This document shows positions 18,249 to 28,128 of a DNA stretch of 64,000 nt, piece by piece; within the stretch, counting starts at the first letter, position 1; each line of letters begins with the position of its first letter. The notes beneath the pieces are model-generated. The model made no database searches. It worked only from the letters and a program-made list of their open reading frames with translations, and was not told the DNA's origin. A program made the translations under genes and the position numbers. This DNA is from Corallococcus exiguus (GTDB lineage: Bacteria > Myxococcota > Myxococcia > Myxococcales > Myxococcaceae). The DNA is taken from assembly GCF_017302975.1 (NCBI RefSeq), contig NZ_JAFIMT010000003.1. One strand, 5' to 3'.

Positions 18249-19139
18249 ATGTTTCGTCGCAGCAGCGGTCTTCCCTCCCTCCTCGTGTCCCTGCTTTTCG
18301 TCATGGGCTTCGCGTCGTCGGCAAGCGCTGACACCTACCAGACCTATGTGACGCCCACGGTCAATGGCTATCAGATTGGTACGTACCTCCCCAACCAGCC
18401 CACCGGGAACTACAGCAGCGCCGCCGACACCGCCCGCCGGTTCTGTCAGGACCAGGGCCACAGCGGAGCGCAAAGCTTCACCACCGCCATCCGTGGCTCC
18501 GCCTTCTCGTTCATCGTGGGTACGAATGGCGTGGGCAACTGGGGCACCACCGGCAATTCCAACGTGACCATGCTGGAGACCGTCACCTGCTTCACCTCCG
18601 ACTCGGGCGTCACCTACACGACTCCCACGGTCAATGGCTATCAGATTGGTACGTACCTCCCCAACCAGCCCACCGGGAACTACAGCAGCGCCGCCGACAC
18701 CGCCCGCCGCTTCTGCCAGGACCAGGGCCACACCGGCGCGAGCAGCTTCACCACCGCCATTCGCAGCTCCACCTACTCGTTCATCGTGGGTACGAATGGC
18801 GTGGGCAACTGGGGCACCACCGGCAATTCCAACGTGACCATGCTGGAGACCATCACCTGCTTCGACGCGACGGTGCTCACGTACACGACGCCGAAGGTCA
18901 ACGGCTACCAGATCGGCACCGTCCAGCCCAACGTCCCGTCCGGCAACTACAGCACCCCGGCGGCGACCGCCCGCCGCTTCTGCCAGGACCAGGGCCATGT
19001 CAACGTGAGCAACTTCACCACCGCCGTCCGCGGCTCCGCCTACTCGTTCGTCGTGGGCACGAACGGCGTGGGCAACTGGGGCACCACCGGCAACTCCAAC
19101 GTGACCATGCTCGAAACCGTCACCTGCATCACCCAGTAG
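18249..19139 (+). CDS. Secreted protein built from three tandem ~90-aa repeats (2 Cys each)
   Basis: Signal peptide (LLVSLLFVMGFASSASA). Three units of TPTVNGYQIGTYLPNQPTGNYSSAADTARRFCQDQGH...GTNGVGNWGTTGNSNVTMLETVTC. Confidence 0.7.
   Translation: MFRRSSGLPSLLVSLLFVMGFASSASADTYQTYVTPTVNGYQIGTYLPNQPTGNYSSAADTARRFCQDQGHSGAQSFTTAIRGSAFSFIVGTNGVGNWGTTGNSNVTMLETVTCFTSDSGVTYTTPTVNGYQIGTYLPNQPTGNYSSAADTARRFCQDQGHTGASSFTTAIRSSTYSFIVGTNGVGNWGTTGNSNVTMLETITCFDATVLTYTTPKVNGYQIGTVQPNVPSGNYSTPAATARRFCQDQGHVNVSNFTTAVRGSAYSFVVGTNGVGNWGTTGNSNVTMLETVTCITQ
18336..19138. repeat. 3 x ~270 bp near-identical tandem DNA repeats (coding)
   Basis: Units begin at about 18336, 18606 and 18876. Units 1 and 2 are identical over >100 bp stretches (ccacggtcaatggctatcagattggtacgtacctccccaaccagcccaccgggaactacagcagcgccgccgacaccgcccgccg). 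Confidence 0.85.
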
Positions 19140-19302
19140 CAGCCTCCGCATGAACGAGGGGAGCCCACGCGGCTCCCCTCCGCGGGGTATTCACAGACCC
19201 CGATCGGGTTTGGACAGACACCGCCACCACCCACAACATGTCTGTCTTCATGTTTCCAAACTGATAGATCGCCCTTTCCTCTCACTTCGCCAGGAACGTG
19301 CG

Positions 19303-21648
19303 ATGCGCCGACAAGCCACACTGCCTCGGGTTTTGTTTTACTCACTAATCATTGCTGTCATTTCTGTCACGGCTTGTGACAATGGCAGTGAACCGGAGCG
19401 GGAGACCGGCAACGTCCGGTTCGTCAGCGCGGTGCCCCAGGCGCTCGCGGGCGATGAGATCACCCGCGTGACCGTCACCCTGACGGCTTCCGGCGTGCCT
19501 TCCGCCACCACCGTGCTCACGAAGGGCACGGATGGCTGGAGTGGCACCATGTACCAGGTGCCCGCCGGCACCCAGCGCACCTTCACCGCGGAGGCCTTCG
19601 CCGCGGACGGTGCCCTGCGCTACCGGGGCGTGGCCTCGGACGTCACCATCACCGCGGGCACGACCTCCATCGTGGCCATCACCCTTCAGGCGCTGGATGT
19701 CCCGGGCCCGTTCGACAACTCGGCCCCATGCATCGACTCGCTCGTGGCTTCCGCGAGCAGCGTCCTCCCCGGGGGCACGATCTCCCTCCAGGCCACCGCG
19801 CATGATCCGGATGCGTCCGACTCCATCACGTACGCCTGGACGGCGGCGGATGGCACCTTCGGTTCGCCCACGCTCACGTCCACGACCTGGACGGCTCCCG
19901 CGACCCCGGGCGTCCATGCGCTGACGCTGACCGTCACCGACTCGCGCGGCGCCACGGCGACCATCCGCATCGACATCACCGTCATCTCCAAGGACGGCGG
20001 CACCACGGCCGGCACCGCGGAAGTGTCCGTCACGTTCAACATCTCCCCCGCCGTCACCCGCGTCACCGCGTCCCGCTCCCCCGTGCCCGTGGGCCAGAGC
20101 ACCACCGTCACCGCGGACGTGACGGATCCGGACGGCGACGCGCTGACCTACCAGTGGGCCGCGTCCTGCGCGGGCACCTGGGCCGATGACACGTCCAACG
20201 TCGCCTCCTTCACCCCGTCCGCCGTGCCCGCTGGCGACTCGTGCGGAAACTGCGCGCTCACCGTCACCGTGAAGGACCCGAAGGGCGGCCAGACGCAGGG
20301 CACCCTGCGCATCTGCGTGGGCGACGGCGCGACCGCCAACGTCCCCCCGCGCATCGTCCTCGCACACCAGAGCAGCGCGTCCGTGGTGGGCGACAGCACC
20401 GTGACGTTCCGCGTCCTCGCCGAGGACGGCAACGGCGGCGCCCTCACCTTCAACTGGGCCTCGAGCACCGGCACGCTCGCGGCACCCACGTCCGGATTCA
20501 CCTCCAGCGAGGTCTCCTGGAAGGCCCCCACCTGCGCGCCCACCGGCGGGAACGCGACCGTCACCGCCACCGTCACCAACGCGCAGGGCTTCTCCGCGTC
20601 CCAGGCCTTCACCGTGGCGGTGCAGAACGCCCCCGCGTGCACGCCGCCCACGACGGTCGCGCGGTGGGACCTCACGGCCAGCCTGACGCAGCGCCGCTTC
20701 GGCGCGAGCCTCATCCCCCTGCCCTCCGGGAAGATCCTCGTCTTCGGCGGGACGGTGAGCTCCAACCCCATCCTGGGCACCGCGGAGCTCTACGATTCGG
20801 CGACGGCGACGTGGTCCTCCGCCGGCACGATGGGCACCTCGCACTACAACCCAGCCGTGACGCTGCTGCCCTCCGGCAAGGTCATGGTCACGGGCGGCTT
20901 CGCGTCATACCCGAGCACCACCGCGCTGCGCGCCGTGGAGTTCTACGACCCCGCGACCAACACCTGGACGGCGGGCCCGCAGATGGCCTTCGCGCGCGGA
21001 GCCCACACCGCGACGCTCCTGCCCAACGGCAAGGTCCTGGTCGTCGGCGGCGTCAACACGGGCGACAGCGTCGCCAACCGCGTCGTGGAACTCTACGACC
21101 CCGCCACGAACAGCTGGGTGCCGGTGGCGAGCATGGCCAACGCCCGGTCCAACCACCGGGCGGTGCTGCTGCCCTCGGGGAAGGTGCTCATCCTGGGCGG
21201 CAGCCTGCCGTCGGAGCTCTATGATCCGTCCAACAACACCTGGAGCGGCGCCACGGGCATGACGACGCGGACGTTCACCGACGCGTTCCTCCAGCCTTCC
21301 GGCAAGGTCGTCCTGGTGGACGGGACGCTGGTCGCGACGTACGACCCGGTGCTCAACGTCCAGGCCACGCTGGGCCACTTCACCTACGAGCGTGCCAACT
21401 CCTCCCTGGTCCAGCTGAACTCCGGGAAGCTGCTGCTCGCGGGTGGGAACTCCACGGTGGGCCTGACGACGGAAGTCTTCGACCTCGCGACGGGGACCTC
21501 CGCGTTCTCCACCAGCATGGCGTCCAACCGCTACCTGATGGCCACCACCGTGCTGCCCAACGGCAAGGTGCTCTTCATCGGCGGGTGGGACCCTGCCACC
21601 CCCGCGAGCGTCAGCGCCGTGCTCGTCTACACGCCCGCGAGCCCCTGA
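19303..21648 (+). CDS. Lipoprotein with Ig/PKD-like domains and C-terminal Kelch-type beta-propeller
   Basis: ATG at 19303. Lipoprotein signal (LIIAVISVTAC). Repeated Kelch blades (LLPSGKVMVTGG, LLPNGKVLVVGG, LLPSGKVLILGG, VLPNGKVLFIGGW). 781 aa. Confidence 0.75.
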   Translation: MRRQATLPRVLFYSLIIAVISVTACDNGSEPERETGNVRFVSAVPQALAGDEITRVTVTLTASGVPSATTVLTKGTDGWSGTMYQVPAGTQRTFTAEAFAADGALRYRGVASDVTITAGTTSIVAITLQALDVPGPFDNSAPCIDSLVASASSVLPGGTISLQATAHDPDASDSITYAWTAADGTFGSPTLTSTTWTAPATPGVHALTLTVTDSRGATATIRIDITVISKDGGTTAGTAEVSVTFNISPAVTRVTASRSPVPVGQSTTVTADVTDPDGDALTYQWAASCAGTWADDTSNVASFTPSAVPAGDSCGNCALTVTVKDPKGGQTQGTLRICVGDGATANVPPRIVLAHQSSASVVGDSTVTFRVLAEDGNGGALTFNWASSTGTLAAPTSGFTSSEVSWKAPTCAPTGGNATVTATVTNAQGFSASQAFTVAVQNAPACTPPTTVARWDLTASLTQRRFGASLIPLPSGKILVFGGTVSSNPILGTAELYDSATATWSSAGTMGTSHYNPAVTLLPSGKVMVTGGFASYPSTTALRAVEFYDPATNTWTAGPQMAFARGAHTATLLPNGKVLVVGGVNTGDSVANRVVELYDPATNSWVPVASMANARSNHRAVLLPSGKVLILGGSLPSELYDPSNNTWSGATGMTTRTFTDAFLQPSGKVVLVDGTLVATYDPVLNVQATLGHFTYERANSSLVQLNSGKLLLAGGNSTVGLTTEVFDLATGTSAFSTSMASNRYLMATTVLPNGKVLFIGGWDPATPASVSAVLVYTPASP

Positions 21649-21744
21649 AGTCCCCCTGACTCTCTGTCGACGAGCGGCCGGTCCCACCCGGGTCCGGCCG
21701 CTCCGGGCATTGCGGCGCCGCGCGATTGAGCGAGGATGCGGCCC

Positions 21745-22566
21745 ATGTCCAACCTCCAAGGCAAGACCCTCTTCATCACCGGCGCCAGCCGCGGTATCGG
21801 CAAGGCCATCGCGCTGCGCGCGGCCCGCGACGGCGCCAACATCGTCATCGCCGCGAAAACCACGGACCCGCACCCCAAGCTGCCCGGCACCATCTACACG
21901 GCGGCGAAGGAGATTGAAGAGGCCGGCGGCAAGGCCCTCCCCTGCGTGGTGGACATCCGCGACGAGGCGCAGATCCACGCCGCCGTCGCCAAGGCCGTGG
22001 AGACCTTCGGCGGCATCGACATCCTGGTGAACAACGCCAGCGCCATCAGCCTCACCGGCACGCTGGAGACGCCACTCAAGCGCTTCGACCTGATGCACGG
22101 CATCAACACGCGCGGCACCTTCGCGTGCTCGCAGGCGTGCATCCCGTACCTCAAGAAGTCCTCCAACCCGCACATCCTCAACAACTCGCCGCCGCTCAAC
22201 ATGGAGCCGCGCTGGTTCGGCCCCCACGTGGCCTACACCATCGCGAAGTACGGCATGAGCCTGTGCGCCCTGGGCATGGCGGAGGAGCTCAAGGACGACG
22301 GCATCGCCGTCAACACGCTGTGGCCCCGCACCGTCATCGCCACCGCCGCCGTGCAGAACCTGCTGGGCGGCGACGACACCATCAAGGGCAGCCGCACGCC
22401 GGAGATCATGGCCGACGCCGCATACACCATCCTCACCAAGCCCAGCCGCTCCTTCACCGGCAACTTCTGCATCGACGATGAAGTGCTGCGCGCCGCCGGC
22501 GTCACCAACCTGGACAAGTACCAGTCCGTCCCCGGCGCGGAGCTGCTCCCCGACTTCTTCCTCTAG
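21745..22566 (+). CDS. Short-chain dehydrogenase/reductase (SDR) family oxidoreductase
   Basis: TGASRGIG cofactor motif, NNAS, and the YxxxK catalytic pair (YTIAKYG). Confidence 0.85.
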   Translation: MSNLQGKTLFITGASRGIGKAIALRAARDGANIVIAAKTTDPHPKLPGTIYTAAKEIEEAGGKALPCVVDIRDEAQIHAAVAKAVETFGGIDILVNNASAISLTGTLETPLKRFDLMHGINTRGTFACSQACIPYLKKSSNPHILNNSPPLNMEPRWFGPHVAYTIAKYGMSLCALGMAEELKDDGIAVNTLWPRTVIATAAVQNLLGGDDTIKGSRTPEIMADAAYTILTKPSRSFTGNFCIDDEVLRAAGVTNLDKYQSVPGAELLPDFFL

Positions 22567-22580
22567 CGCGTCTCGGCCCC

Positions 22581-23501
22581 ATGCCCCCGCGCAAGCTCCA
22601 GCGACACCTGGTCTGGCTCGAGTCCTTCACCGCCGCCGTGGAGGCCGGCAGCATCGACGCCGCCGCGGAGCACCTGGGCGTCGCCCGCTCCGTCGTGAGC
22701 GAGCACATCCGCGCCCTGGAGGAAGCGCTCGCGGATGGCGCCGCCCTGCTGGAGCGGGGGCCGGGCCGGCGCCTGCAACTGTCCGCGCGCGGTGAGCGCC
22801 TCTACGCGGGCACCCAGACGCCGCTGCACCAGCTGGACGTGAAGCGGCTGATGGACCTGGCCCGCGTGGAGCCCACCCTCCGCCTGGGCCTCAACCCCAC
22901 GCTGTCCATGTCGCTGTTGGGCGGCATCGCGCAGGACGCCGCCGCCGCCGACCTCAAGCTGGTGGTGGGCTTCGGCGGCTCGCACGAGCTCATGCGGCAG
23001 GTGCAGACGCGGCAGCAGGACCTGGCGCTCGACTTCACCCCCCTGCCCCCGCACGAGGGCGTGGACACCGAGTCCCTGCTGCGCATGTCCTTCGCGGTCA
23101 TCGCGGGCCCCGACTCCCCGCTCGCGAAGGCGCACGCCTCCCGCCGCACCCTGGACGTGAAGGATCTCCAGGGTCAGCGCTTCGTGGACTGGCTGCGGGA
23201 TGACCCCTATGGCGGCGCCAACAGCGCGCGCTTCGCCGCTCACGGCGTCTCCGTCACCGAGGTCGGCCGGGTGGAGAGCTTCCTCCACCTCTACGAGCTG
23301 CTGCGCGCCTACAAGGCCTGCACCATCGCCCCCGACGTGCGCCCCACCCAGCCGTTCCCCCCCGACCTCCACGTCTGGCCCCTGCGCGAACAGGAGCCCC
23401 AGGTCGTGGAGGTCGTGGCCGTGTGGCCCTCCGGAGGCCTCAGCCCCGCCGTCCAGGCCGTCCTCGACGGGGTGCGCCGCCGCCTGGGGAAACGGCGATA
23501 A
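22581..23501 (+). CDS. LysR-family transcriptional regulator
   Basis: N-terminal LysR HTH (LESFTAAVEAGSIDAAAEHLGVARSVVSEHIRALEEAL) plus a substrate-binding domain. 306 aa. Confidence 0.8.
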   Translation: MPPRKLQRHLVWLESFTAAVEAGSIDAAAEHLGVARSVVSEHIRALEEALADGAALLERGPGRRLQLSARGERLYAGTQTPLHQLDVKRLMDLARVEPTLRLGLNPTLSMSLLGGIAQDAAAADLKLVVGFGGSHELMRQVQTRQQDLALDFTPLPPHEGVDTESLLRMSFAVIAGPDSPLAKAHASRRTLDVKDLQGQRFVDWLRDDPYGGANSARFAAHGVSVTEVGRVESFLHLYELLRAYKACTIAPDVRPTQPFPPDLHVWPLREQEPQVVEVVAVWPSGGLSPAVQAVLDGVRRRLGKRR

Positions 23502-23594
23502 TCCGACGAAGACGTCGAAATCTGCCGGATTTCCGTCTTGCAGTGGGGTGCGTATTCTTCAGGAGTCCTGCATCTCCTGAAGGAGCCGCTCGCG

Positions 23595-25190
23595 ATGACG
23601 CCCACGGAACGGACCATTGCCCGCCTTCCCGCCCACCTGCGCCGCTACGTGGTGGGCCAGGACTACGCGGCGTACACGCCCCGGGATCAGGCGGTGTGGC
23701 GGCACATCCTGGGGCAGCTGCGCGAGCACCTGAGCGACAAGGCGCACCCCGTCTACCTGGAGGGCCTGGAGGCCACGGGCATTGGCGCGGAGGCCATCCC
23801 CAGCCTGGACGAGATGAACGAGAAGCTGTCCAAGCTGGGCTGGGCCTGCGTGGCGGTGCGCGGCTTCATTCCGCCGGCCGTCTTCACGGAGCTGCAGGCG
23901 CTGGGCGTGCTGGCCATCGCGGCGGACATCCGCACGCACGAGCACATCCAGTACACGCCCGCGCCGGACATCGTCCATGAGAGCGCGGGCCACGCGCCCA
24001 TCATCGCGAACGCTCGGTATGCCCAGTACCTCAAGGCCGTGGGGCTGGTGGGCTTCAAGGCCATCGCCAGCGTGGAGGACCAGGCCGTCTTCGAGGCCAT
24101 CCGCAACCTCTCCGTGGTGAAGGAGGACCCCACCTCGACGGAGGAGGAGATTTCCCACGCTCAGGCCCGCCTGGAGGCCGCCAACGCCAGCCACCGCTAC
24201 ATCAGCGAGAGCACCCGCGCGAGCCGCCTGTACTGGTGGACCGCGGAGTACGGGCTGATTGGCGACCTGAAGCACCCGCGCATCTACGGCGCGGGCCTGC
24301 TGTCCAGCATCGGCGAGGCCCGGCACTGCCTGACGTCCGCCGTGCACAAGCTGCCCCTGGGCGTGGCGTGCGCGGACACGGACTACGACATCACCCGCAT
24401 GCAGCCGCAGCTCTTCGTGGCGCGCGACTTCGAACACCTCTTCGAGGTCCTGTCCGAGTTCGAGTCCACGCTCGCGTGGAAGCGCGGCGGCGACCTGGGC
24501 CTCAACGAGGCGCTGCGCGCGCGCACGGTCAACCACCTGGTGCTCGCGGACGGCCGCGAGGTGACAGGCAAGGTCGTGGAGCTGCTGCCCGCCGCGAAGG
24601 ACGTGGCCCCGGGCCTGTCCACCGCGCTGGCCCGGATGGAGGGCCCCATCCTCACGTCCATGAACGGGCACGCCCTGGACAAGCCGTTCAGCGGCGCGGC
24701 GCTGGTCGCCTTTGGCCAGGGCACCCTGCCGGAGCGCGGGAGCTTCACGCTCACGCTCGACAGCGGGCTGGTGCTGGAGGGCTTCGCGGTGGGCGGCGGA
24801 GAAGTGATTGCCCTGCGCGGCACGCTGGCAGGACAGGAGCTGACGCTGCCGTCCATGGCGCGCCTGTACCTGACGGAGCGGCTGCCGTCCGTGGCGGGTG
24901 GCCCCGCCGACCCGGGCACGTGGGACGAGTGGTTCGGGGAGATGGACGCCTTCACCGCGGGCGACGGCGAGGCCCAGGCCCGCGAGCGCAAGGCGCAGGC
25001 CCTGCCCCCGTCGCTGGCCGCCCTCTACACAGAGGTGCGCCGCATCCGCGAAACCGGGCAGCTGGCCTCCGAGCGGCTGGAGCAGATCGCCCACGCGTCC
25101 ACGGACTTCCCCACCGACTGGCTCCTGCGCGCAGAGGTCGCGGAGCTGCGCGGCGAGGTTCCCGCGCGGCGCGAGGCGGCGCAGGCGTAG
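23595..25190 (+). CDS. Biopterin-dependent aromatic amino acid hydroxylase (PhhA-like) with ~230-aa C-terminal extension
   Basis: AAAH catalytic core with iron-ligand region PDIVHESAGHAPI (compare PDxxHExxGHxP) and the downstream YWWTAEYGL...RIYGAGLLSS block. Total 531 aa, versus roughly 270-300 aa for typical bacterial PhhA. Confidence 0.7.
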   Translation: MTPTERTIARLPAHLRRYVVGQDYAAYTPRDQAVWRHILGQLREHLSDKAHPVYLEGLEATGIGAEAIPSLDEMNEKLSKLGWACVAVRGFIPPAVFTELQALGVLAIAADIRTHEHIQYTPAPDIVHESAGHAPIIANARYAQYLKAVGLVGFKAIASVEDQAVFEAIRNLSVVKEDPTSTEEEISHAQARLEAANASHRYISESTRASRLYWWTAEYGLIGDLKHPRIYGAGLLSSIGEARHCLTSAVHKLPLGVACADTDYDITRMQPQLFVARDFEHLFEVLSEFESTLAWKRGGDLGLNEALRARTVNHLVLADGREVTGKVVELLPAAKDVAPGLSTALARMEGPILTSMNGHALDKPFSGAALVAFGQGTLPERGSFTLTLDSGLVLEGFAVGGGEVIALRGTLAGQELTLPSMARLYLTERLPSVAGGPADPGTWDEWFGEMDAFTAGDGEAQARERKAQALPPSLAALYTEVRRIRETGQLASERLEQIAHASTDFPTDWLLRAEVAELRGEVPARREAAQA

Positions 25191-25293
25191 GGGCTGGCGC
25201 TTCGAATCACGGACGGATGAAGTGGAACGGCCCGGTCGACCTCTTCACGAGGTCGCCGGGCCGAATCACTTCCAGGGGCTTTCGCCGCTGGGA

Positions 25294-26901
25294 CTACTTG
25301 TTGATGCGCACCATGGCCACGTCGTAGTGGCGCTCGGTCACGTAGCCGTTCGCGGCCTTGCCGGGGCGGTACATGTTCCCGGTCTTGTCATCCACGTAGA
25401 AGCGGTTGTTCGGGTTCGTGTCCTTGCCCGTGCTGGCGTTCTTCGTGCCCGGGTCGTGGAACGTGTAGTAGGTGCGGCCCTTGTCGTCGACGCCGCGGCC
25501 CGTGATGGTCACGAAGTGGTCCGTGAGGCCGTCCGCGTTGTAGCTCGCGTCCTTGTGGCTCACGCCCACGACCACCGGCTTGCCGGCCTCCAGCTGCTTG
25601 TCGATGTAGCTGCGGCCCTCGGCGGCCTTCTTCGAGTCCACGTTGAGCGCGCCGACGCCGTTCTCGCTCTTGCCCACCTGGATGCGGCGGTCCGGGCCCA
25701 GCACGGTCGCGCCGGAGTCACGCGCCATCGCCGTCGCGGCCTTGAAGCACGCCGTGTCGCTCGCGGTGTAGCCGTGGCCGTTCTCGAACTGGCTGTAGTA
25801 CGGCACCTTCACGTGCACCGCCGGCTTGTCCTTGGACGGGGCCACCTGCTCCGTGTTCGCGGGGGCCGCCTCCGTGGTGGGCTTGGAGGTGTTCGTGCCC
25901 TGCGTCGTGGGCTTGCCTTCCGTGGTGCCCGGCTTCGAGCCGTTGCTCACCGACGGGGGAACCACACCCGTGTTGGTGTTGGCCGGCTTCGTCGTGGTGC
26001 CCTCCTTCTTGAGCAGGGCGAGCGCGTCCTTCGCCTCCGACTTGAAGCGGTTGGCCACGCCCTTCTGCACGTCCTTGGAGCTGCCGGAGAAGTGCACCAG
26101 GGTGCCGCTGGCGTTGGTGCGGCCGCGCTCGGCGTAGATGTCCTTGATGAGCTGCTCGTCGCTCACCTTCGCCGGGTCGCGACCGTTGAGCGCCTTCTTG
26201 AAGATGTCATCGGCCTTGCCCGGGCCGTGCTGCACGGAGGTGGACCAGGCCACGTCCCGCAGCGCCGCGGAGCGCTTGTCCAGGTCGATGCCCGTCGCCT
26301 TCTTGATGTTGGCGGCGCCCGCGTCGTAGTGCGTGGTCTTGATGTAGTCGTGCTGCGCCTTGTCGAAGCCCTTCGGGTCCTTCGCCGCCAGCTGCTTCCA
26401 CGCGGCGGAGAACTCCGCGGTGCCCGGCTTGCTGCCCGACAGCGCCTTGTGGAAGTCCGGGTTCGTCTTCTTCAGCGAGTTGACGAACGACTGCGCGGAC
26501 CCGTTCGCGGAGGCGAACTGGTAGGAGCCGTAGGACACGCCGCCCTTGTCGCCCTTGCCCGTGGAGACCGTGCCGGGGCCGCGCGCCTCGTACTTGCGGC
26601 TCAGCCCGCCCAGCTCCGCGCCCGACGTGCTGCTGGAGGACGTGTTCGTCGCGGGCGTCGTCGCCTTCGCGCCGTCGGTGGACTGCGTGAAGCTGTCGCC
26701 CGACGTCTTCGTCCCCGCGCTCGACTGCTTCGCGCCCTTCGTGTCGAAGCCGTCCTGCACCTTCAGCGTCTGGCCGGCCAGGATCTTGTTCGGATCCTTG
26801 ATGTTGTTCGCCTTGGCCAGCGCATCAACGGTGGTGTTGTAGCGCTTCGCGAGGCCGGAAAGCGTGTCACCCGACTGGATGCGAACGTTGGAGACGGTCA
26901 C
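25294..26901 (-). CDS. Modular LysM / putative glycosidase (GH23-like E...YGSYQ) / C39-like papain-fold peptidase protein, no signal peptide
   Basis: N-terminal LysM ([29 protein letters not shown]...GQTLKV). Central region with a KYEA(E)...[11 protein letters not shown] pattern reminiscent of lytic transglycosylases. C-terminal VPYYSQ...SDTACFKAA...DHFVTI...HDPG is a C39-like Cys/His peptidase signature. Lys/Ser/Thr-rich and lower GC than its neighbours. Confidence 0.7.
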   Translation of the reverse strand: MTVSNVRIQSGDTLSGLAKRYNTTVDALAKANNIKDPNKILAGQTLKVQDGFDTKGAKQSSAGTKTSGDSFTQSTDGAKATTPATNTSSSSTSGAELGGLSRKYEARGPGTVSTGKGDKGGVSYGSYQFASANGSAQSFVNSLKKTNPDFHKALSGSKPGTAEFSAAWKQLAAKDPKGFDKAQHDYIKTTHYDAGAANIKKATGIDLDKRSAALRDVAWSTSVQHGPGKADDIFKKALNGRDPAKVSDEQLIKDIYAERGRTNASGTLVHFSGSSKDVQKGVANRFKSEAKDALALLKKEGTTTKPANTNTGVVPPSVSNGSKPGTTEGKPTTQGTNTSKPTTEAAPANTEQVAPSKDKPAVHVKVPYYSQFENGHGYTASDTACFKAATAMARDSGATVLGPDRRIQVGKSENGVGALNVDSKKAAEGRSYIDKQLEAGKPVVVGVSHKDASYNADGLTDHFVTITGRGVDDKGRTYYTFHDPGTKNASTGKDTNPNNRFYVDDKTGNMYRPGKAANGYVTERHYDVAMVRINK

Positions 26902-27093
26902 GGAGAGACCCCTCTATGTCTGGCCGCGAACAGAGGCTTCGCGGACGTGCTTGGATTGACCGGATTATCGAAAGGCAATGCGATCAGTTTCGCATTCCCA
27001 GTCACAATCGTGTGAAACCAGTGATTCCAGTAACTTCAGTTTCAACGGATCGATCCGCTGAGACTGGAGAACCTGCCCAGGAGGACCAGTCCG

Positions 27094-28128
27094 ATGTCCA
27101 GGATCCAACCGGAATTCAAAAGTTTGGCATTACTGTTTGCCATTTGCGTCACGGGCGCGGTCCCGGACGCCTCGGCTCAGGGGCCCGAGGGACTCACGGG
27201 GGTCTATTCGAACAAGGGCGGGACGCTCGCCATCGTCGAGGGCAGCAACGAGACGCTCGTGCACTTCTCGGGCTCGTTCCCGCAGGGCAGCAGCGCGGGC
27301 ACCTGCGATTGCGCCCTGGTCGTCCAGAAGAAGACAGTCACGAATTGGTCACTTCATCAGGCGGGTGAGGAAGACGCCTGGACGCTGCGCGTCAATCCCA
27401 AGCAATTCGTCCTGGAGTCGGGTCCGTCACCGTCCTGTTGCGGCGCCGGGTACTCAGGCAAGGACACGTTCGCCCGGAGCACCTCCAAGCCGCTGAGCAT
27501 CTGCAAGGTGAAGGTGTCCAAGGCGGGCTTCCACGCGTCGGACGCGGCCAACACGCCGCGCAAGGCGTTCGTGGTGTCCGGCGACGCGGTGGAGGCCTAC
27601 GTCGACCCGGTGGAGCCGGACTTCCTCGCCGCGCGCTTCCAGGGCCCCCAGAAGGCCACGGCGGGGCTGCTCAAGCGCGAGGACCTGGACTGCGCGGCGG
27701 AAGGCGCGCCCACGGCCGCGAAGGCTCCCGTGGCCGCGGACAAGCTCCAGCCCTTCGCGGGGACGTGGGTGGAGTTGACGCGGCAGGGCAAGGGCTTCGT
27801 GGTGCTCAAGCCCTGCTCGGCCGCGACGCGCAGCTTCACCGTCAAGCCCGCGACGGGCGAGGTGGAGGTGCAGCTGGGCCAGGAGGCCACGACGATGAGG
27901 GTGACGTCCGTGGAGGCCGGCAAGGGCGCCGGGGCCTGGGTGCTGGGGCTGACGGCCGCGGACGGCAAGCCGGAGGCGCTCCAGTGGAAGACGGCCGACG
28001 CCGCGAAGGGCACCGTGACCGTGAACAGCCCGGACCTCTTCTCCCAGAGCCACGACTACGTGCGCCAGGAGAAGAAGTCCGCCTTCCCGTCCAAGCAGGA
28101 GACGGGGTGCGACGAGTTCGAGCGCTAA
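27094..28128 (+). CDS. Secreted hypothetical protein (signal peptide, 8 Cys), divergent from the LysM gene
   Basis: Signal peptide (LALLFAICVTGAVPDASAQ). 344 aa. No recognisable catalytic motif. Confidence 0.6.
   Translation: MSRIQPEFKSLALLFAICVTGAVPDASAQGPEGLTGVYSNKGGTLAIVEGSNETLVHFSGSFPQGSSAGTCDCALVVQKKTVTNWSLHQAGEEDAWTLRVNPKQFVLESGPSPSCCGAGYSGKDTFARSTSKPLSICKVKVSKAGFHASDAANTPRKAFVVSGDAVEAYVDPVEPDFLAARFQGPQKATAGLLKREDLDCAAEGAPTAAKAPVAADKLQPFAGTWVELTRQGKGFVVLKPCSAATRSFTVKPATGEVEVQLGQEATTMRVTSVEAGKGAGAWVLGLTAADGKPEALQWKTADAAKGTVTVNSPDLFSQSHDYVRQEKKSAFPSKQETGCDEFER

Noticed and set aside
19345-22227. Minus-strand ORFs 19345..20844 and 20905..22227
   Set aside because: Antisense to the Kelch lipoprotein and SDR genes. 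Gly/Arg-rich translations without motifs.
23559-25094. 511-aa minus-strand ORF
   Set aside because: Antisense to the aromatic amino acid hydroxylase gene, which has clear catalytic motifs.
24898-27015. 705-aa plus-strand ORF
   Set aside because: Antisense to the LysM hydrolase gene and the 3' end of the hydroxylase gene. Translation is Arg/Ala/Gly low complexity.
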